From the NCBI GenBank assembly GCA_032718475.1, contig JAUCBJ010001606.1, positions 35,436-99,435 of the forward strand: a DNA stretch of 64,000 nt, written 5' to 3'. The notes beneath the pieces were generated by a model. It did not search any database. It had not been told where the DNA came from and worked only from the letters and a program-made list of their open reading frames with translations. Source of the stretch: Nemertoderma westbladi (Eukaryota > Animalia > Xenacoelomorpha). Below, one piece after another: positions 57,366 through 64,000 of the stretch; position 1 is the first letter of the stretch; every line of letters begins with the position of its first letter. The position numbers were made by a program, and so were the translations under genes.

Positions 57366-59951
57366 CTAAGTGTAAAATTTCGAATTGTCATATAATTTGG
57401 TTGTCAGCTGATATTTCCCTTTTCCAAATGCTTTGTGAAACTTTATATTGAACTCGTTTCTGTCCGCAGAGTTTTGATAGCAGCCACCAATGCAGGATGA
57501 TGTGAATGGGTGTGAATCGGATGTTAGAGGCTGGAGATCACACAACTCTAACATGCATTCATGAAGCTGATTTATTGTGTCGTCTAAGTGAAAGTCTCTA
57601 TTCTGCAGACTGTCAAAAAAATTCTTTAAATCAACCCATTCGTACATATTTATTATTTCTTCTTTGTGCATTTTTAAGATCCAATACATAATTGCAACAA
57701 AGGTTTCATCTCCGTATATTGTGTAGACATCCCAAAAGCCCTTGAGCAATTCATGTGGAAGCACTGTAATATAACATTTCATCAACCAAGTATCAATAAT
57801 ACACTTCATAATTTCAGAAAAATTAATGCATTCTAAATGAATGCTTAAATCGGGAAGTTTATTCTCTATGATCCACCAACTTAGGTCTTGGTAGCTCTTC
57901 CTCGTCAATCCCATTTTATCCATATCATAAAATCCACGCATGTGATGCCTCTTACCTGCCATTAGCGAATTGAGGTACCAAAATGCATCCTCCTCACAAT
58001 TTTCTCCATCATCTTCACCATCTCTGAGGTGGAAGTAGAACCAACCAACCAGCCTATCCATTCCTTGAGTGTATCTTGTCGCTTTATCATATGCCGCATA
58101 AGCAGTTAGAACTTGGAAAACAAAACGAAGTGCTCTGCCTGGTGTCTCCAATTCCCCGTTTTCATCTGTAGTGTATATAAATAATCTACTTCTTGGGAAT
58201 AATTGTGGATCAAACAACTGATAAACAGACCTTGGCATATCATTATTAATTACTCTTAGTATTTCAATAGACAACTCATTGTCATCTATTCGAGCTAATG
58301 TCTTGAACTTCTTATATTTACCGATATTATCTTCCATATTCTTGAGATCATTTACTTCCATGTTATCCATCCATTCTTTTGTTTTGCTATTTCCAGAATA
58401 TATATTTGGATGTTCTTGTGTTTCAAGCACTTCATAATCCTCAGTACGATCGTATTTCTGAAATATTAAATACTTTTCCTCGCACTGTGTTTCTCCAGTT
58501 AATCTTCTACAGATATTCTCCGAAGGTCTATCGTTAGTCGAATCATTCAAATTACTTGAATGTCCGAACTTCTCCATTGCAATTGCATCTTTTCGTTTTC
58601 TCTGTGCTTTGTATACCGGTATACTGTTCTTCTTTTCTCCGAATGTTTTGAGAAACAACTCATCGAAACCGTTTCTGTTAAACGGATTGGAGGTGAAACA
58701 GCTCTTGGGTGAGATGTTGGACAACGTGGACTTTGGCGGCAGAGCCACACATAATCTCTGCATGCATTCATCAAACTTCTTTTTTATTTTGGTTACATTG
58801 CAATTTTTTTCTTTTTTATGCAGCCTTCTTTGGTTTGAACTTTTTTTATTTAACTGATTACCTATATTTTGGATGTATACTATTATATCACCCACTTTGT
58901 CAATCTCTTTTATTTCTTCTTTGTACATTTTGAAGATGCAATACATCATTGCAACTAAGGTTATGTCTCCGTATTCCACGTAGCGATCCCAAAATACCTT
59001 AACCATGACATATGGAAAGACCTGAATATAATATTGCTTTGCCCAACTATATAAAGACGAGCTTAGTTGCTCCTTGCAATAATCAATGCCAATGTTTTTG
59101 AAATGCTTATATAGATCTGGAATTTCGTTCTCTATGATCCACCAAATTAGATCTGAATAGCTATTAACTGGTGATAAAATTTTTTTCTCATCAACAAATA
59201 CACCCATATGACGCCTTTCACTTTTTATTATCGTTTTTAGGAACCAAAATGCGTCCTCCTCACAATTTTCACCATCATCTTCACCATCTTCGAGGTGGAA
59301 ATAGAACCAGCCGACCAGCTGATGCATTCCTGTGCAGTAATTTATATCTTTATCATATGCCGCATAAGCAGTTAAAACTTGGAAAATGAAACGATGCGCC
59401 CTGCCTGTCTTCATTTTACCATATTTATCTTCTGTACAGCTAAAAAACTCACTTCTTGGTGAATCAACCCAAGGAAACAGATAAGCTGAGCCTTTTTTAT
59501 CTGTATCAATTTCTCTTAGTGTTTCCATAGATATCATGCTGTCCTGTGTTCGAGCTATTGCCTTGAACTCCTTATATCTACCAATGTTTTTTTCCTTATT
59601 CTTGCGTCTAGTTACTCCCATGATATCCATCCATTCTTTCGTTTTGGATTTTCCGGAATAATTTTTATTATTTTTATTTTTAAGCTGGATATAATCCCTG
59701 GTACGATCGTACTTCTTAAATATATCACAGAAATATTTTTCTCGGATATGATTCGAGTGGAATTCAAAATGTTCGAGTGGAGTCCAATTGGATATTGGAT
59801 CTGACCATCTTCTTTCTCTATTTATCAACGTCAAGTTGCCATTGTTTTGGTGAATGGGTGGAAGTTCAGTTGATAATTCGTCTTCAGGATTGCAAGTTTG
59901 AGATGAACTAACATCTTGGCCACTACGAGATGTTCCACAATACGCATCCAT
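57366..59951 (-). CDS. Double-TBC domain protein, USP6NL/RN-tre-like, paralogue 3 (domain 1 catalytically degenerate)
   Basis: 861-aa intact ORF. Domain 1 has IDTDKKG/YCTGM and domain 2 has INNDMPR/YTQGM. AATAAA (- strand) at about 57314. Confidence 0.88.
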   Translation of the reverse strand: MDAYCGTSRSGQDVSSSQTCNPEDELSTELPPIHQNNGNLTLINRERRWSDPISNWTPLEHFEFHSNHIREKYFCDIFKKYDRTRDYIQLKNKNNKNYSGKSKTKEWMDIMGVTRRKNKEKNIGRYKEFKAIARTQDSMISMETLREIDTDKKGSAYLFPWVDSPRSEFFSCTEDKYGKMKTGRAHRFIFQVLTAYAAYDKDINYCTGMHQLVGWFYFHLEDGEDDGENCEEDAFWFLKTIIKSERRHMGVFVDEKKILSPVNSYSDLIWWIIENEIPDLYKHFKNIGIDYCKEQLSSSLYSWAKQYYIQVFPYVMVKVFWDRYVEYGDITLVAMMYCIFKMYKEEIKEIDKVGDIIVYIQNIGNQLNKKSSNQRRLHKKEKNCNVTKIKKKFDECMQRLCVALPPKSTLSNISPKSCFTSNPFNRNGFDELFLKTFGEKKNSIPVYKAQRKRKDAIAMEKFGHSSNLNDSTNDRPSENICRRLTGETQCEEKYLIFQKYDRTEDYEVLETQEHPNIYSGNSKTKEWMDNMEVNDLKNMEDNIGKYKKFKTLARIDDNELSIEILRVINNDMPRSVYQLFDPQLFPRSRLFIYTTDENGELETPGRALRFVFQVLTAYAAYDKATRYTQGMDRLVGWFYFHLRDGEDDGENCEEDAFWYLNSLMAGKRHHMRGFYDMDKMGLTRKSYQDLSWWIIENKLPDLSIHLECINFSEIMKCIIDTWLMKCYITVLPHELLKGFWDVYTIYGDETFVAIMYWILKMHKEEIINMYEWVDLKNFFDSLQNRDFHLDDTINQLHECMLELCDLQPLTSDSHPFTSSCIGGCYQNSADRNEFNIKFHKAFGKGKYQLTTKLYDNSKFYT

Positions 59952-60489
59952 GATAACTTAATTTCATGTTACTTTTGTCCTGTATTTTGGATTTTGATAT
60001 GGATTTATCTTAAGTCAAAATGTGGGGATCCCAAAACTAACTCGCAATTCTTAAAATTGTTGTTTATTCTATATTATCTTTCCCACAAAAATTAAGACTC
60101 GTCACGAGCATTCAATACAGGATGAAAGAAATCATATGAGTAACATCCCAGGGAACCACAAGAGGACATGAAGAGGGACCTCCATAAGACTGGGGTAGGT
60201 CCAAGCCATATGACAAAGGATCATAGAAAAGATCCAGGGATCAGGACTTTATTGCGTTGGACTATCATTAACTGAAAGAGACAATCAGCACAGTACATAT
60301 CCTTTTAAATTAATTAATTAAGTTTGGGTTTCTTAATTCCTTTAAATAATTCTAGAATAGTAACTGTTTGTGCTCGCAGCAACAGTACTAATTTAATTTG
60401 TATTTGGTACTGGATTCACTAATTAGTTACTGTTTAGTAGGATTTTGTTAATAAGTAGCTAATAGTTGCTAATAGTTAGTTAATAGTAG

Positions 60490-60635
60490 TTGTGGGGCGA
60501 GTGACGAAAGTAAGCGAGCTTAGCATACAGGTACCACTAACTCAATCGGTGTGTCTGTGGGGCGAGCCACGAAGTGAGTGAGCCTTAGCGTAGTGGTACC
60601 ATTAATCAACCTGTCGTTCTGTGGGGTGAGCCACT
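60490..60635. repeat. Short tandem repeat (~65-bp unit, about 2.3 copies)
   Basis: tgtgggg.gag..ac recurs at about 60492, 60557 and 60620. Confidence 0.6.
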
Positions 60636-60913
60636 GTAACCATGGTCACAAGTCACTAAATATATTCTGCCAAATTTAATATAGTTCCGAACTATCTAAA
60701 AAAAATTCAATTTTGGATCTAGTTCTTACATGTTGCCAAGTCCACACAATTACTTTCCGACCATTCAGTTTGCCTCTGTTGCCATGGTAACCGATAACAT
60801 TTTGAATGTGGACAAAATATTGAAAAAAACATGTTCAGTATACTTCAACTTTGATCATATGCACATACCTTAGTTCCTCATTACACAGTAGAGGTCTATG
60901 ACCACTAGCACAT

Positions 60914-60972
60914 TAATAATAATAATAATAATTTATAGAGCGCCTTTCTGAGCATTATTTCAAAGCGCTAAC
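60914..60972 (-). mobile_element. Very short L2-type 3' end
   Basis: (aat)n then ttatagagcgcctttc, similar to the tail of the 11.5 kb LINE (ttatatagcgcctttc). Confidence 0.5.
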
Positions 60973-61554
60973 AGTCAATATAGTTTACCATACCTACGGG
61001 TATGTTTCGTTATTTAGACACTTCCGCTTTTTATTTTTTAATATTTTCATATTTAGAAGATAACAATTTTCTTGATTTGAAAAATATATATCTGGGGTCT
61101 ATCGTAGCTATTTTTTAAATGTAAATAATTACTCATGACCATAGCAACGGGAGATTTCCCTCTTGTACACTAATTGCTAGGTTGAATTTCTCCAAATTTT
61201 GTGAAATATGAACACTGAAGTAAATGGAAACATATTATGGACAAAAATTTCAAAATTAATTTATGTTTACTTACTATAATAACAACTTTTTTTCTATGCA
61301 TATGTATTGCATATGGGAGGCAATACATCCATAGTAACAGCGATTTTGCTTAGCTACGAGGAATTTTGCTCTGCTATGTCGAATTTGGTAGAGATATTGG
61401 GAATTTTTTCAATAGAACATAATGTTTTCAGTTTGATTTATGGGTGTTAAAGATTAATGTGGAGTGTAGTAAATAAAGATTTACTCTTCCAATTCTGTAG
61501 TCATGTCAACAGCGTTGCTCTAGCTACAGATCCATAAATTATGGCCTACTGTAT

Positions 61555-62135
61555 CGAATTCCTCCAACTATACCTCCAACCCAGGATGCACTGATGCAAC
61601 ATATAAAGCGAGCTGCCTACCACGCAGGAATATGGTGTACCAATGATAAGAGTGACCAATGTGTACCAGCGCCAGATAGCTTTGGATGGTCACTTGATGA
61701 TGAAACCCAATCTTGGAATCCTATCTGGAATATACTTCCAATTGCTTCCAAAGCATGCAAGGAAATAGTGAAGTGTGCTTGCAAGATTAAGAAAGAATGT
61801 GGCACAAGATGTGCTTGCAAAATTGCAATTTGGAAGTGTACAGAACTTTGCAATGTCAATGCGAAAAACTTTATAGATTTATTAATTGTTATCTAGCTAT
61901 ATAAACACTACGTTGCTTTGATAAATACCAATAAATACCAAATTCGTCGTAGTTATGCAAAAATCGCCATTGCTAAGGATGTATTGCCTCTCATATGTAA
62001 CACTCTAAGAAACAAACTTGGTATTGTTGTCAAAAACGCTCCGTTGCTAAGATATGTTCTAGGTTGCTATGGTAAATTCGTCGTTACTCTGTAAAACTTA
62101 CCGTTGCTATGCAAAACACGCCGTTGCTATGGCGT
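61555..62135 (+). mobile_element. Second Academ-like remnant (Cys-rich C-terminus plus ttgcta repeats)
   Basis: IPPTQDALMQHIKRAAYHAGIW..PAPDSFGW..EIVKCACK..C.TRCACK....KCTELC is homologous to ORF 30645-31019. Confidence 0.6.
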
Positions 62136-62159
62136 TCCTGTAGCGACGGTACGAAAAAA

Positions 62160-63735
62160 AATAATAAATGCATACTTACCATATGAATGTGATGAAAACT
62201 ATGACCTGTTTATTGAATATTTGGGGTGCATACAAACGCTCATTGAATCTGTACCAACAACGAACTGTTTTCTTATTGGTGACCTAAATTGCTCACCTGG
62301 GCGTAAATTTTACAAAGAGTTAGAGGAATGGTGCAATGATTTTAATATGGCAATTTTAGATAAAACTCGTCTTCCTAAAGACAGCTTTACCTTTGTTAGT
62401 GCTGCTCACTCAACCAGTTCGTGGTTAGATCATATAGTATGTTCTTTAGGTGCAACAAATTGTGTTAATAATATTTCCATTGATTTATAGTTCTTCCATC
62501 TCTGATCACATGCCGCTTAGGGCTAATATTATGTGTAAAGTAAGTTCAGATATTACCGATGATTATACACCTCCAATAGCCAGCTTAGAAACACCTAGAC
62601 CTAAGTGGGACTCTGCAACCAAAGCTGAGTTGGAAAGGTACAGTCAGTCGGTTGATGACGTGTTACGTGATATAAATATCCCTAGCATCTGTTTAATCTG
62701 TCACGATTGCAATTGCAACAATGTTTATCATGAAGAGTGCATTGCAGAGTTATGGAATACAATTAACGGTGCTTTGATTAACTATGCAAACGAAACCTTG
62801 CCGAAAACCACTGACCCTCAAAACAAAGCTAAAAATCATAACATTCCGGGTTGGAATGATTGTGTTAAAGATTTATATGATAATTCCCGCAGTGCTTTTT
62901 TAGAATGGAGAAACTCAGGTTCGCCCAAACAAGGGGAGGTACACAGTAAATATCTTATTGCTAGAGCTAATTTTAAACGTGCATTTAGAGATTGTAAACG
63001 AAAATCACTATCAAAAGCAGCAGATAAATTGGCCGAGTCTAATCTTTACCTAAAATTGTCAACTGTGAAACCGGAGAACAAAATATATGTAACTTGTTTG
63101 CAAATGACTATAAAACGCTTTGTAACAGTAGCCCAGATTCTTCTGATGACTGTTCTAGTAGTAGTAGTAGTAAGAATATTAAGGAATTATTTTCAGAAAT
63201 TACATTTTCTACCGTTATTATTATTAGTGCCGGTGACGTTTCTTGTGCAATTTTAAATTTAAAATGTGGCAAATCAATTGGGCCAGATGGTATAAAAGTG
63301 CAGAACACTTACTTAATAGTAAAAGTAGCAAATTAAATGAGTTACTGGCAATATTATTTACATCAATGTTAGTACATGGATTTATGCCAAGTAACATAAT
63401 AGACTGTTTTATTGTCCCAATTATTAAAGATAATAATGGTCCAATTGACGATAAGTCAAACTATAGAGGTATTGCCATAGCAACACTAATAAGCAAAGTT
63501 TTTGAATACATAATTCTATCAGGGATAGAATGTAACCTAATTACTTCTGACAATCAGTTCGCATAGAAACGCGGAAACGGTACAGAGTTATGTACTTTTT
63601 CATTGTTAGAAACAATAGACAACTACTTACATAACGACTCATCCGTGTACGTATGCTTTATGGATGCCTCGAAATCTTTTGACCGAATTGTGCACAATAT
63701 ACTATTTGAGAAACTCATCAACAGGGGTATTGTTA
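62160..63735 (+). mobile_element. Degenerate APE-RT LINE (RTE-X-like)
   Basis: INAYLP, LIGDLN, SWLDHIV, SDHMPL, IPGWND, GKSIGPDGI, NYRGIAI and CFMDASKSFDRI across frameshifts and stops. Clade tentative. Confidence 0.75.
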
Positions 63736-64000
63736 ATGCCACTAGTGTATGGCATTTACCTTGCAGGCTCGCCCCATATTGTTAATTTACTTCTGCCAGG
63801 GAATTATTATGTTATACGGCAAGGGCCATGCAGAATAGCTCTGATTGGCTAATACCCATTTGCATTCAGCTTACCAGCCCCAGCCTATATAGTATATATA
63901 GTATAGCATTGTATCAGTTGGTTAGCCTAACTATTGAAGATTTATTAGTTAATAGCTCACTAGCTGTTAGTAGATTTGTGGGTCGGAATATTCACGTCAA

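Overview
AT-rich animal (probably invertebrate) genomic DNA, dense with transposons; no prokaryotic features. Host genes are one intronless SDS22/PPP1R7 gene (+) and three co-oriented, intronless paralogues of about 850 aa (- strand, 8.6-11.2, 34.3-36.8 and 57.4-60.0 kb). Each paralogue has two tandem TBC (Rab-GAP) domains resembling USP6NL/RN-tre. In copies 1 and 3 the first domain has lost both catalytic fingers, and the copies are patchwork mosaics of one another. This is the best candidate for an undescribed system and parallels hominoid TBC1D3. Between the genes lie a near-intact L2/CR1-group LINE whose ORF1 and ORF2 are in frame across a single TGA-CTG, an 8.3 kb 20/21-bp satellite with a ~2.15 kb higher-order duplication, and a non-autonomous BEL/Pao-like LTR element. 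The LTR element has 565-bp LTRs, a 5-bp TSD, no tRNA PBS and a possible self-priming complement. There are also RTE, CRE-like and RTE-X-like LINE remnants, Academ-like remnants, SINEs and many foldback MITEs. All family assignments come from motif recognition by eye, not database searches.
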